The position numbers and the translations under genes were made by a program. The notes beneath the pieces were generated by a model, which saw only the letters and a list, made by a program, of their open reading frames with translations, ran no database searches and was not told where the DNA came from. 64,000 nucleotides of DNA, from the NCBI GenBank assembly GCA_026390595.1, contig JAPLFQ010000032.1, positions 28,215-92,214 on the forward strand. The letters are read 5' to 3'. Positions 20,064 through 31,600 of this stretch are shown here, in pieces. How positions within the stretch are numbered: position 1 is the first letter of the stretch; each line of letters starts with the position of its first letter. Source of the DNA: Ignavibacteriales bacterium. GTDB taxonomy: Bacteria; Bacteroidota; Ignavibacteria; UBA10030.

Positions 20064-22478
20064 TCAGATCAATCCCGATCGGATCCAGGGAATCAGACGG
20101 ATTTTCATCCCATCGCTCTGCAGGATCACGGCTCCATCCAGATCCGTCCGGCGAATGGGAATGCCAAGTTGCCCGTAGCGAGATAGAACCGCGCGCGATG
20201 GGTGCTTGAACTTGTTCAGCCGACCAACCGATATCAGAGCCAGCGACGGCCGAACAGCCTTCAGGAATCCCTCACTCGAACTCGTCGCCGCACCATGGTG
20301 AGCGACTTTGAGCACGTCGCTCATCAACAAATCAGTGGACGTGCGAAGAATTCGATCCTCGACCTCAGTGCTTGCATCGCCGGTGAGTATCGACGACGTT
20401 GAGCCATAACACGTTTTCAGAACAAGCGATTGATTATTGAGGTCACCCCCTGCAAGCACAGACCCCGGCTGGAGCACAAAGATGCGCGTCGCAGGGTCAA
20501 ATTGCAAGCTTTCACCGGCGCGAACAACAGAAATCGGGATCCCCCTTTCTCTGACAGCGCTGAGCACCGCTTCGTACGATTTCGAAACGGGGGCAGTATC
20601 AGCAACAATAAGAGATCCCACACGAATGCTCTTGAGCAGAGAGATACACCCGCCGATATGATCATCGTGTGGATGTGACAGGATAAGAGCGTCAAGAGCC
20701 CGTATCCCCCTCTTCTTGAGATAGGGAGCAATGGTTCTCTGAGCAGCGTCGCCCTGGCTGTAGGTCGGTCCCGCGTCTATCATGACTCGCCGGTTGTTGG
20801 GAAACTCGAGAAGGAGCGCATCCCCCTGGCCCACATCGATGACGGTCACGGTGAACATGCCGCCACGCCGGGTGAAGGCTTCTGCATAGAAGGACACATT
20901 CATTCCCAACAAGATTACACCGAAAGCCCATACCACAACTCGAGGATTTCGCCGATTGAAGAGCGCTGCTACCGTTGCGTAATAGAAGACGGCGGACATA
21001 GCTCCTACACCCACGGTCTCCATATGCGCATACGGAACGCTTGCACTCCATGTGACGAATTTCAAGAGGAGTGAAACCAGGAGGTCGTTGAGAGCCGCAT
21101 AGGATGAAGCGAGCCAGCCGGAAATGTAGGCGGCCCCGAGCGTGGCAAACCCAAGAAGTGTATTCAATCCGCTGACCGGTACAACGACCAGATTCGCGAG
21201 AATTGAAACAGGTGACACCTGACCGAAGTAGTAGGCGGAAAACGGCAGAGTGCCTATTTGTGCCGCAACTGATACTGCGAAAAGCTTCAATGTCGAGTCG
21301 ACCCCCGTGATTCGAACCAGCTTCGCCGGAAGAAGGCTAATCAGCGGTTCAAGCTTTGGGAAGAAATATACGATGGAAAGTACTGCTGCGAAGGAGAGCT
21401 GAAAACCCACATCCAGAAGGTACAACGGGTCCCACAGCAGCATGACCAACGCCGCGAAGGCAAGCGAGTTGTAGATGTCACCCTTCCTGCCAATTACATT
21501 CCCGACAAGAATCGATCCAGCCATGATCGTTGCCCGGACGACAGAAGGACTCATTCCGGTCATCACCATGTACCAGAGCAATCCCACCAGCGTAAGACCA
21601 GTCGCAGCGCGTGGTGAGACACGCAGAAAGCCGATGAGCGAATAGAAAATCAGGGCTACAACGACGACATTCGATCCCGAGACCGCGAGAATATGAATCG
21701 TTCCGGTGTCCATAAATGCCTTTTTCACCTCAGCGGATAGATCACCGCGGTATCCGAACACGACACCTTTGAGAAAGCTCGCCTCTCCTTGGCCATGAAA
21801 GCGGTCATAAATACTGTAAATGTTATTTTGCGCTTTGGCGGAAATCTCAGAGAGGCTGAACGAACCGGGTCTTGCCAGGAGGGAAATTGAATTCGTGTCT
21901 CGGACGGTGACGAACCCTTGTATCCCGTTCAACGCCAGGTAGCGGCCATAATCGAACTCTCCCGGATTGCGCGCACCTGGAAGTGCTTCGAGATACCCTT
22001 CGATCATGATCCGATCACCTATCGCGAGCGAGTCCGGATCCGACCAGTGTGCCTTCCGCACGATCTGGACGAGAAGACGCCGCTGAGCCTGAATCTCAGC
22101 CGAATCCCTGCGGATGGACTCGGTGCGGACAATCATGTCCGCTCGGGCTCCCCTTTTCACCGGCTCCGACTCGATTCTGCCATGAATGAGTATGCGTTCG
22201 CCAAAGTATCTCGGCCCCAGGATGTCGTTCTGTATCTGGTCTTGCCGCGCGATGCTCAGGAGCAACCCAAGCAATACCATAACCGCGTGGACATACAGCG
22301 ACGGAAGTATTGATGAGGAGACCCTCACCCGCGAGAACACGAAAAGCGCCGCGAGGATGCTGATCGCGCTGAAGACTGAAATGATTGTCGGCCGGAAGAA
22401 TGTGGACAGGATGATGCCCGAAGTGAACAACAACACTGCCCGTACCGCTGGTCTCCGGCTCCACGGAGATGTGGTCAT
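20064..22478 (-). CDS. comEC: ComEC/Rec2 DNA uptake channel
   Basis: [25 protein letters not shown] domain DVGQGD, SHPHDDH, KVAHHG. Confidence 0.95.
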   Translation of the reverse strand: MTTSPWSRRPAVRAVLLFTSGIILSTFFRPTIISVFSAISILAALFVFSRVRVSSSILPSLYVHAVMVLLGLLLSIARQDQIQNDILGPRYFGERILIHGRIESEPVKRGARADMIVRTESIRRDSAEIQAQRRLLVQIVRKAHWSDPDSLAIGDRIMIEGYLEALPGARNPGEFDYGRYLALNGIQGFVTVRDTNSISLLARPGSFSLSEISAKAQNNIYSIYDRFHGQGEASFLKGVVFGYRGDLSAEVKKAFMDTGTIHILAVSGSNVVVVALIFYSLIGFLRVSPRAATGLTLVGLLWYMVMTGMSPSVVRATIMAGSILVGNVIGRKGDIYNSLAFAALVMLLWDPLYLLDVGFQLSFAAVLSIVYFFPKLEPLISLLPAKLVRITGVDSTLKLFAVSVAAQIGTLPFSAYYFGQVSPVSILANLVVVPVSGLNTLLGFATLGAAYISGWLASSYAALNDLLVSLLLKFVTWSASVPYAHMETVGVGAMSAVFYYATVAALFNRRNPRVVVWAFGVILLGMNVSFYAEAFTRRGGMFTVTVIDVGQGDALLLEFPNNRRVMIDAGPTYSQGDAAQRTIAPYLKKRGIRALDALILSHPHDDHIGGCISLLKSIRVGSLIVADTAPVSKSYEAVLSAVRERGIPISVVRAGESLQFDPATRIFVLQPGSVLAGGDLNNQSLVLKTCYGSTSSILTGDASTEVEDRILRTSTDLLMSDVLKVAHHGAATSSSEGFLKAVRPSLALISVGRLNKFKHPSRAVLSRYGQLGIPIRRTDLDGAVILQSDGMKIRLIPWIRSGLI

Positions 22479-22483
22479 GCGAT

Positions 22484-23386
22484 TTACAGTGAGGCGAGAA
22501 GCGCAGGAGTTACGTGAACGAGGTTTTTCAGAACTGTGCTGAGGTCCCGGTGTTTTCGCCCTGCAAGAATGCAGGGGACGGGATTACGGGTGTGGGATTT
22601 TGTCGAAAGGTCTTCAATATTGCCGTGATCGCTGGTCAAAATGAGGGTACACTCCCGATGGTCGAAATTTTCGAGCAGCCCTCCGAGCATACCATCGAAA
22701 CGTTCGAGCGTTTCAACGGCAATCGCCATGTCTCTTCCATGGCCGGCATAGTCCGTCAACCAGTATTCGAAGAGCGTGAACGCGTGCCTTGCCGTGATAC
22801 TCCATAAATGCTTGCCGGCCTCCCGCGGAGTGATGATAGGAAGATCCGGATATCCAAGTTCGGGCCAGCGAGCCCGGGTGATGTCGGCGGACACCGATTC
22901 ATCCCGGCCAAGGGATTCGGCGTGCTGCAACGGCACTTCAGCGTACCTGCATGAGAGTGTCGTAACGCTCAGTCTTCTTTTACCGGAAGCCGCATACTCG
23001 AAGAACTGCTTCGGAAATGCATTTGCGAAACAGACTGTTCGTCCTCTCGACTTGTATTGCCGGAAGATGTTGTTCGATTCAATAAGCGGATGAAGCGGTG
23101 TTGCAGCATACGGTCCGAAGTGGCGACCCATCAGCTTCGACGCGTTGACACCGGTGAACAATGTCGCCTGTCCCGTACCACTTTGCGGCAATCCCTCGAC
23201 ACCCAGGGTGGCATTCAAGGGAATGGCGACGGCGAGATCGGATGCAATTCTTCGAAGGCCGAGATGAGGAAGCTTGCCTCCCAACAGCGACCGCAGATGA
23301 GGGAGTCGTGCCCGGAACAAAGGATTGACATCCGGGTCAGCTTTTCCAAGTCCCACGCCGTCAAGAAACAGGAACAGTGTTCGCAC
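22484..23386 (-). CDS. Alkaline phosphatase-superfamily metalloenzyme (phosphoglycerate mutase-like)
   Basis: LFLDGVGLG, PQSGTGQ, DYAGH, TSDHGN, HTRNPVP. Confidence 0.82.
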   Translation of the reverse strand: MRTLFLFLDGVGLGKADPDVNPLFRARLPHLRSLLGGKLPHLGLRRIASDLAVAIPLNATLGVEGLPQSGTGQATLFTGVNASKLMGRHFGPYAATPLHPLIESNNIFRQYKSRGRTVCFANAFPKQFFEYAASGKRRLSVTTLSCRYAEVPLQHAESLGRDESVSADITRARWPELGYPDLPIITPREAGKHLWSITARHAFTLFEYWLTDYAGHGRDMAIAVETLERFDGMLGGLLENFDHRECTLILTSDHGNIEDLSTKSHTRNPVPCILAGRKHRDLSTVLKNLVHVTPALLASL

Positions 23387-23406
23387 GTCCCACCCTTCTG
23401 ATCGGG

Positions 23407-23862
23407 CTAAGTGCCCGTTTTGCTCTCGACCATCACAGTGACAGGTCCGTCATTGACCAGTTCGACATTCATCATTGCCCGAAAAACGCCTGTGGCGGTT
23501 TTTTCGGCGCCGAGCAATTCCTTGATCCGCCCTGCGAAATGATCATACAGCAATTCTGCCGATTCAGGAGCTGCAGCCTCGCTGTAACTGGGGCGGTTCC
23601 CCTTTCTCGTATCGCCGTACAGAGTGAACTGGGAAACCACCATCACCGATCCCCCGACATCCTTGACCGAGAGATTCATTTTGCCCTGAGCATCTTCGAA
23701 GATCCTCAATGCCGCACACCGGTCGGCAAGATACTCGGCATCAGCCGCCTGATCTCCTTGTTTCACGCCGAGAAGAACCAGGACTCCCGGCCCGATGGCA
23801 CTGTGCATCGATCCATCGATTGTGACCGAACACCGCTTCACCCGTTGTATGAGCGCTCTCAT
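23407..23862 (-). CDS. dtd: D-aminoacyl-tRNA deacylase
   Basis: MRALIQRV, SQFTL, NDGPVT. Confidence 0.97.
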   Translation of the reverse strand: MRALIQRVKRCSVTIDGSMHSAIGPGVLVLLGVKQGDQAADAEYLADRCAALRIFEDAQGKMNLSVKDVGGSVMVVSQFTLYGDTRKGNRPSYSEAAAPESAELLYDHFAGRIKELLGAEKTATGVFRAMMNVELVNDGPVTVMVESKTGT

Positions 23863-23919
23863 TGCTCCTTGCCCTCAATGCAGAATCGTTGCTCACCTCA
23901 TCTTGTGAGTCACTTCTAA

Positions 23920-24810
23920 TCACGCGGACTGCCCCAATACGATCCTTGGAATCCCCTGTAGGTCTTTGGCGACCGAAAGGTCCGCGAAGCCAGCCTTCCT
24001 GAATATTCCGACGACAGTTTCCGACTGCTCGTGTCCGACCTCGACGAGGATCCATCCGTTCTCGCGGAGAAGGGAGCGTCCGATCTCGGCCATTCGACGG
24101 TAGAACGCGAACCCATCCCCGGCATCGCTGACCGCCGTGAGCGGTTCATGGTTCCTGATCTCCGGAGCTAGCTGCTCCCATTCCTGAGCCGAAACGTACG
24201 GCGGATTGCTGACGAGCAAATCGAACTTCTGCGAAAACGCTTCCACAATGGAATCAAAGACCGACAACTCCCTGAGAACAACTCGCTCGGTGACTCCATG
24301 CGCCGAAATGTTTCCCCTCGCAACTTCGAGGGCCTCTCTATCCACGTCGATACTCGTCACATGAGCGTTTCGCACCAGCTTCGCGACTGAGACTGCAATA
24401 TTGCCGCTCCCGGTACCGACTTCGAGGACGGTTACCGGGCTTCCCTCAGGCCTTCGGCCACAGACAAGCATGATTTGTTCGACAAGTGTTTCGGTTTCGG
24501 GCCGGGGAATGAGCGATCGTGGATCAACTTGAAACTGCATGCCCATGAATCCCGCGGAACCGACTATATACTGGACTGGTTCGTGCTGCAGGCGGCGCTC
24601 GAAGAGGGTTCGGAAACCTTTCAGTTCGTCCTTGCTGAGCGGTTGGTCGAACCGCGTGTAGAGCTCGATACGCTGGCAATGGAGAGCATGCGAAAGGAGA
24701 AGCTCGACCGTGAGGCGAGCTTCGTCGAACCCGTGACGTTGGAGATAGTCGATCGAGAACTTCATCAGGTCCCGGATAGTCCAAGACTGCGGCACCTGTT
24801 GAAGCGTCAT
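23920..24810 (-). CDS. prmC: Release factor glutamine methyltransferase
   Basis: EPVQYI, LIPRPETE, GTGSG, SNPPY. Confidence 0.96.
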   Translation of the reverse strand: MTLQQVPQSWTIRDLMKFSIDYLQRHGFDEARLTVELLLSHALHCQRIELYTRFDQPLSKDELKGFRTLFERRLQHEPVQYIVGSAGFMGMQFQVDPRSLIPRPETETLVEQIMLVCGRRPEGSPVTVLEVGTGSGNIAVSVAKLVRNAHVTSIDVDREALEVARGNISAHGVTERVVLRELSVFDSIVEAFSQKFDLLVSNPPYVSAQEWEQLAPEIRNHEPLTAVSDAGDGFAFYRRMAEIGRSLLRENGWILVEVGHEQSETVVGIFRKAGFADLSVAKDLQGIPRIVLGQSA

Positions 24811-25484
24811 GTTCGGGGAGATCGTTTGGACTTTGGGTGTGCGGCCCGTTTCTTTGCGCGGGAATTGACGGTACGTGGCCGGGATTTCTTTCTTGACTTC
24901 ACTTTTGCCGACGGCCGCTCCTTCGCAGCGGGCTTCTTTGATTTGCCGGCAGAAGGCCTCTTGGCGGTCTTGCCAAGAACTGTTTCCAACTCTTTCATTT
25001 TGTCAGCCGAAAAGGTCTTCTTGACTTCGCGTTGGAGTTTCTGCGTCCTCGCGAGAATCTCAAGTAACTGGTCTTCCGTGTCCTGGTCTCCCTCCGGACG
25101 GCGCTCCCACGCTTTTGTCAAAGCGGTCATCGTCAGGTCCACCTTGCGCCGGATCATCCCGCCGAGTATCTCTGGGGTGAGCTCGACACTTTTCAGCTTC
25201 ACGCGATCGCCGGAGTAGAATCCGAGCGTCTCGAGTTCTTCCTGCTGTTCGGATTCTTCACGCTGTGAACCGTCGAACGGTTCACCATTCTCGTCGAGGG
25301 ATGGCATGAATTCGAATCGCGTATCGCCTTCGAGCAGGGCTGTGAAATCAGGAAGCGAAGGGATTTCGAATCCCTGCTTCTTCCCCTGCCTGTCCATCGC
25401 CTCCCAGATCTTTTTCACCGGGACGATGACATCCTTGTCTGTCGCCAATATACGTTCAGCTTCATTCAGACAGCGCTCGTACAC
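24807..25484 (-). CDS. Hypothetical protein with a Lys/Arg-rich C-terminal tail
   Basis: 225-aa ORF coupled to prmC by a 4-nt overlap; no family recognised. Confidence 0.7.
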   Translation of the reverse strand: MYERCLNEAERILATDKDVIVPVKKIWEAMDRQGKKQGFEIPSLPDFTALLEGDTRFEFMPSLDENGEPFDGSQREESEQQEELETLGFYSGDRVKLKSVELTPEILGGMIRRKVDLTMTALTKAWERRPEGDQDTEDQLLEILARTQKLQREVKKTFSADKMKELETVLGKTAKRPSAGKSKKPAAKERPSAKVKSRKKSRPRTVNSRAKKRAAHPKSKRSPRT

Positions 25485-25692
25485 TCAATCCTCCGAACCA
25501 AAGCACGTGAGATTTCTTTGAATGAATGTAAAGTTATTTAGAGGAAAGCGCAAGCAAGCCAATTTGCAGTCCGATGAAACGCAAATGTAGTGATCCGTTT
25601 CCAAGGCGAGACTACGTGGAAGGCGGTCTACAAACGACAACGGGTCGAACAATGTCGACCCGCGGGAGATTCGCAAAGCAGTGTTGAGAGAC

Positions 25693-26103
25693 TCACTTTT
25701 TCTTCTTCATCTTGTCGGCGAAAAGCTGGGCCGACTTCTCGATGTCATACCCCACCTTTGGCATATAAGATCCGCCAAATTTCTCGACCATTGACTTGAG
25801 AGTGTCGTAGGCGTCTGCGCTGCAGAAAAATATCGGCGTGCTCTTGTTCACGCCCTCTCGGCGCGCAAGCTGGAGGAGCGCAATGCCGGGAAGATGGCCC
25901 TTTAGGTGCGTGTCTTTAAAGTCGTTGTCGAGAATGACGAGGTTAAAAAGCTCAGACCTAATCTTTTCCCACGTTTCAACGCTCGTCGCCGTCTCGACGA
26001 TTGTAATTTCATCTTCGAGGATCGCCGTACACACTTCGAGCGCAAATCCGTGGGATCTGCGTTGCCCGTCATCATCATCAGCAACCAGAACTTTGTAGGG
26101 CAT
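25693..26103 (-). CDS. Stand-alone response regulator receiver domain
   Basis: KVLVADDD, LVILD, FFCSA, PK. Confidence 0.8.
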   Translation of the reverse strand: MPYKVLVADDDDGQRRSHGFALEVCTAILEDEITIVETATSVETWEKIRSELFNLVILDNDFKDTHLKGHLPGIALLQLARREGVNKSTPIFFCSADAYDTLKSMVEKFGGSYMPKVGYDIEKSAQLFADKMKKKK

Positions 26104-26192
26104 CTCTAGCTATTTTCCTTCAACGAATACGGCGATAGTTGTGTGTAAAACGTACGACTTTTTCAATGTAAAAACAACACTCACTCGCCCGC

Positions 26193-27983
26193 TCAATTGC
26201 GCTTCACTGTTTCCTGTGCGCGTGCGTACACAACGGTTCCCCCGACGATGGTCTTTTCCACAACCGTCGTGGGAATTTCGTGTGATTCAATTCTCATGAT
26301 GTCTTTCGACAGAATGACAAAATCCGCCAATTTGCCTTTCTCCAATGACCCCAAGAGATGTTCTTGAAAGGCCGCGTATGAAGCCCAGGATGTGTATGCT
26401 CGAATTGATTCCTCACGTGTCATTTTCTGCGACGCGTACCAGCCGTTTTCAAATGCGGCGGTGTCACGAACCCCACCCGATGAAAGCTCAAAAAAAGCCC
26501 GAATATCCTGGGAGTTTTTCGGCTTCCCGGCAAGGTCCTGCCTCGTTACCGCTGCATAGATTCCGAGTATTGGATTGGGGCTTTCAACCGGAAAATCCGA
26601 TCCTCCGGGAATGATAACTCCGGTCTCCAGCAGCGAGCGCCAAGCGTACGCACCCAGGATTCTGGCCGATCCCAGTCGCGCTTCTGCCCAGTACATATCC
26701 GATGTACAATGAATTGGCTGCATGCTCGGTATGATGCCCAGCTTTTTGAAACGAGGGATATCCTCAAGCGCGAGAACCTGGACATGCTCGACTCTCAGTC
26801 GATGGTCAGCAACAGGATGATCTTTCAGTGCCGCCTCATATACGGCAAGAATAATCTTGTTGGCACGGTCTCCAATGGCGTGTGTGCAGACCTGGAATCC
26901 GTTCGCCAGTGCTTCATCAACCGCCTGTCTGAGCGATTTTTCATCGGTCACCGTCAGTCCTCTATTGCCCGGATCGTCGCTGTACGGTTCCAGGAGGGCA
27001 GCCCCCCGCGAACCGAGAGCCCCATCCACATACAGTTTGAGGGCCCTCACCCAGAGTCGATTGTCGCCATAGCCTGACAATCTCCCCTTTGCCGGACCGG
27101 ACTCCGTCTTTTTCGTGTACTGATCCCACGTTTCCCCCAATCCTTCAATCGCGGTATACACTCTGAACGGAAACTCTTTCTTGTCGATCAACCCTTTGTA
27201 GATCTCAATATCCTTTGCATCAACCCCCATGTCATCCATACACACGATGCCAAACTGCAGGCATTCCCCGACCGCCAGTTTGATGGCCTCCTCAGATTCC
27301 TTGACGGATGGCGGGGGAAGAAACTTGCTCACCAGCGACATGGCGTTGTCTACGAATACGCCTGTCGGATTCCCCGACTTGTCCCGTTCGATTTTTCCAC
27401 CTGCCGGATCTGGTGTTTCTTTGGTGATTCCGGCAATTTCCAGACCTTTCTTGTTGATCCATGCGGCGTGCCCGTCGACGCGGGCCAGATAAACCGGATT
27501 GTTTGGAGAAATCTTGTCAAGAACTTCGTGTGTCGGAAATCGCTTCGTCGGCCACAAGTTCTGATCCCACCCTCTGCCCCGGACCCACTGACCCTGTTCC
27601 GTTCGTTGCACTCGTTGGACCACAAGACCTGCAACAACTGCTTCAGATGACGCCCCCACCAAATCGACAGTTATCTTGGATACCCCCAGACTCATGAGAT
27701 GGGCATGGGCATCAATGAAGCCGGGCAGCACTGTTTTTCCACCGAGGTCGATCACTTGTTTTGCCCGGACGCTTCCTTCGAGATCATGCTTCGAACCAAT
27801 CGCGACAATACGGTCCCCGCGCGTGGCCAGCGCTTCTGCGACATTCATTCTCCCGTCCATCGTGTAGATGCGACCATTGACATACAGCACGTCAGCGGGC
27901 TCGGGAACGGTGTGAAGGAATAGGTATGTGCAAAGAGCGATACACACGAAGAATAGTATGAACCAGGCTAATTGTGTATTCAT
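26193..27983 (-). CDS. Amidohydrolase_3 (YtcJ-like) with N-terminal membrane anchor
   Basis: PGFIDAHAH, KLYVDGALGSRGA, HAIGD, RVEH, GSDFP, GKLADF. Confidence 0.9.
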   Translation of the reverse strand: MNTQLAWFILFFVCIALCTYLFLHTVPEPADVLYVNGRIYTMDGRMNVAEALATRGDRIVAIGSKHDLEGSVRAKQVIDLGGKTVLPGFIDAHAHLMSLGVSKITVDLVGASSEAVVAGLVVQRVQRTEQGQWVRGRGWDQNLWPTKRFPTHEVLDKISPNNPVYLARVDGHAAWINKKGLEIAGITKETPDPAGGKIERDKSGNPTGVFVDNAMSLVSKFLPPPSVKESEEAIKLAVGECLQFGIVCMDDMGVDAKDIEIYKGLIDKKEFPFRVYTAIEGLGETWDQYTKKTESGPAKGRLSGYGDNRLWVRALKLYVDGALGSRGAALLEPYSDDPGNRGLTVTDEKSLRQAVDEALANGFQVCTHAIGDRANKIILAVYEAALKDHPVADHRLRVEHVQVLALEDIPRFKKLGIIPSMQPIHCTSDMYWAEARLGSARILGAYAWRSLLETGVIIPGGSDFPVESPNPILGIYAAVTRQDLAGKPKNSQDIRAFFELSSGGVRDTAAFENGWYASQKMTREESIRAYTSWASYAAFQEHLLGSLEKGKLADFVILSKDIMRIESHEIPTTVVEKTIVGGTVVYARAQETVKRN

Positions 27984-28608
27984 GAGTTTTCCGGGGAGTC
28001 AGTTTTGAATTGACCGGACCGTAATCTCCGCGTCAGAATCAGGTTTTCGGCGAGTACACTTGCCACCGACATCTTCGTGCACTCCTATCGCCCACATAAT
28101 TCTCATCCGGCAGAGCAGCCCAAGTATCGGTGCGGAAACGGCCAATGATGTCGAACGGTCGTGCGTGATGAATCATCGAACACGTGAGGGTACGGCTAAA
28201 GGTAGCTCACGTGAAGTGGAATTGCAATTAAAAAGGGCGTGTGCTATCAGGAACAACTGGAAGACAACAGGGTCGCCGTCCTCGAATTGTCGTTGGGATC
28301 ATGGAATCTTCCCTTTTGGTTCGCGACGCTCGACAATAATCTGGTCGCGCCACTTCCTCATGTTTGTTGGTCACGTCCTGACGCAGCAGTATCAACAATT
28401 TCGAACAGAGCGTCAATGCTCGGCGTCATCTCGTTTTCGGTTGGCACCTTTTTAGCTGACCTCGGAATTAGGCGATTTTTGTCAGATGACTTCTTGCAGA
28501 AACTGCTTTTTCTGATTGGCCGGCTAATGATGGCAGGAAGGCCGATTTCGGCCCAAATATCAAGAGATACCTTATCCAAGGGACTTAATCTATTGGGAGT
28601 AAACGGCC

Positions 28609-28637
28609 TTGACAAGTCGCTCAACAATCCCTATTTT
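28609..28637 (+). promoter_or_regulatory. sigma70-type promoter for the GH38 gene
   Basis: TTGACA-17 nt-TATTTT, 60 nt upstream of ATG 28698. Confidence 0.65.
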
Positions 28638-28697
28638 CCACCTGCATTTCGCAAAAACGAGCTCAAGACAGTAAATTTCAGGGAAACGACAGGACCA

Positions 28698-31600
28698 ATG
28701 CACATAGATCTTCTTGCCCAGACGCTCCCCTTTATAAAGAGCCATATTCACCAGAACCCTCTTCCGCTTTCGGAATGGAAACTGAAGGAAGGGGAATTGC
28801 CAAACGGCGGCTCACCGACGCTGAACGACAACACCTGGTGGAAATACACTATTCCTGCCCCGTGGGGTGGATATGACAAGACCGTCTGGTTTCGCCGGAG
28901 GGTTGTGATTCCTGAAGCGTATGCAGGAAAGAGATTAGGTCTCGTCTTCGAAATGTCTGACGCCCTCCTCTACGTAAATGGAAAGGCATTTCAGGGAATC
29001 GACAAGAACCATCAGGAAGTGCTCCTCACAGACAAAGCTCGCACAAATCAGTCTTTTCTGATTGCCCTTGAAGCGTATAGCGGACGAAAGAAAGATCTTA
29101 GCACGTTCAACTCCGCACAGCTCGTTGTTCTCAATCCCGTTGCCAGGGCACTCCATAACGGGCTGACGGCCCTGCATGATCTCGAGAAAATTCTCGGCCC
29201 CACGTCTCACGAAACAAAGGACATCAAGGAACTCATCAGGCAAACCCTGATTTTTCTCAAATACTTCAAACCTGACGGTGAAGAATATCCAAACGCGATC
29301 GGGAGAGCATACAATTTTCTTACCCGGACACTTGAGGCGGATTACAAGACCACAATTCCCGGGCTTATCCATCTCGTCGCTCAATCTCACATCGACGTGG
29401 TCTGGCTGTGGCGGCTCCAGGAAACAAAAAAGAAATGCGCCCGGACATTTTCAACTGCCCTGAGGCTCATGGAGCAGTATCCGGAATTCACCTTCAGCCA
29501 GAGTCAGGCATTTCTGTATCATCTCACCAAGGAACACTACCCCGACGTTTTCAAGGAAATCAAGCAGCGAATCGCCGAAGGCCGATGGCAGGCAATTGGC
29601 TCCATGTGGGTTGAACCAGACTGCAATATCCCGAACGGCGAAGCACTTGTCCGTCAAGTGCTGCATGGCAAGCGGTTCTTCAGGAATGAATTCGGCGTTG
29701 ATTCCGACATTCTGTGGCTCCCCGACACATTCGGCTACAGCTGGGCGCTGCCACAGATCATGAAGAAATCGGGGATCAGGTATTTCTTCACGACGAAACT
29801 CACCTGGAACGATACAAATCCATTTCCCCACAATACGTTCTGGTGGCGGGGAATCGATGGTTCGAAAGTCCTGGCGCACATCCCCGCGGTCGGTCTGGAA
29901 GGATCCGTGACACCGAAAGATCTCAAGAAAAGCTGGGAGAGCTACCAGGAGAAGGAAACAAGTCCGCACACAATCCAGACTTTTGGCTATGGCGATGGGG
30001 GTGGAGGACCGACGGCGGACCAGCTCGACACAACACGGGTCGTCAAGTCCGTTGTTGGACTTCCCGGCTCAGCACTCTCGACGACGGGGCAATTCTTCAA
30101 GACCGTTGAAGAACACGCGAAGGAATTCGAGACCTGGAATGACGAACTGTACCTCGAGAAGCATCGTGGCACGTTCACGACACACGGCTGGGTGAAGCGC
30201 GAGAATCGCCAATCAGAAGCTCTGCTGTATGCAACGGAGCTGCTCGCCGTGGTCGGCATGCTGGTCGGCAATAAAGGCGCCTCGAGAAGATATCCTCAGC
30301 AACAGATTGAGCGTGCCTGGAAGAAACTCCTCGTCAATCAGTTCCATGATATTGTCCCGGGTACATCTATTGCGGAAGCGTACGAGGATGTTCGGAAAGA
30401 CTTTGCCGCTCTCCGCTCTTCGTGCCAGACGATTCAGGCTCATGCCCTCTCGGGACTGATCACAAAAGAAGGAAAGAAGAAACCGCAGACGGACTTCCGT
30501 TTCGCCGCGTTCAATCCCCTTGGTTGGCAGCGCAACGAGTACATCATTCTGGAGTTGAATTCACAGGCGAAATCGTTCGTCGTTACGGACGGGAATGGCA
30601 ATGCGGTGGAGAACCAAGTCCTCGGCCGGCGCAAGGGAATCGTTCAAGTCCTTTGCTATGCTGAAAACATCCCTCCCCTGTCGTTTGGGCAACTCATCGT
30701 CACACCATCAGACGCGAAGCCCGCTCCTCCAAGCCCCTGGAAGATGACGAATCGTCTCGTGGAGACGCCAAGGTACCGCGTTCGGTTCGATTCACGCGGC
30801 GGGATTTCTTCGCTTCACGACAAGACGCTTAGACGCGAGCTTGTTGCGAAAGGCGCCCGTATCAATCACTTTCAGGCATACAAGGATATCCCGAAACAAT
30901 GGGAAGCCTGGGACATAGAAGCAGATTATATGAGCAGGCCCGTTGACCTTTTCAAGCTCGAGCGCCTTCGCACAGTTGAAGATGGACCCCTGCGCGCAAC
31001 GGTCAGACTGGAACTGAAATCAGATACTGGATCACGCCTCACACAGGATATCCATTTCTATCACAAATCTCCCAGGATTGATTTCGAAACATCCGTGTCC
31101 TGGAAGGAGCGGCAAACACTCCTGAAGGCCGCTTTCCCGCTCAACGTGAAGACGCACGCCGCAACATACGAAATTCAATTCGGCGCCCTGCAGCGATCTA
31201 CCAAGAGCGGCGACGCCCGTCAAAAGGCGAAGTTCGAGGTTCCCGCGCAGCAATGGGTTGATCTCTCGGAACAGAAGTTCGGCGTGAGCCTTCTGAACGA
31301 CTGCAAGTACGGCTATGACGCTTCCGGCACCACGATCCGCCTCACGCTGCTGCGCTCTCCACATCACCCACACCCCCTCGACCCGTCGCGGCTCAACGAC
31401 GACCGACTGACGGATCAGGGCGATCATGTCTTCACGTACGCTCTCTATCCTCATTCGAAAGACTGGCGGGGCGGAGAGACCATTCAGCGCGCCCGGGAGT
31501 TGAATCACCCATGCATCGTAACACCCGGAACAGCTGGTTCTCTGCCATGGTTGTTCTCGGTCTCAAGCCCGGGGATTGTGATCGACAGCATCAAGAAGGC

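Noticed and set aside
28239..28697. 153-aa N-terminal extension of the GH38 ORF
   Set aside because: Not protein-like and contains the TTGACA-17-TATTTT promoter; ATG 28698 is the better start
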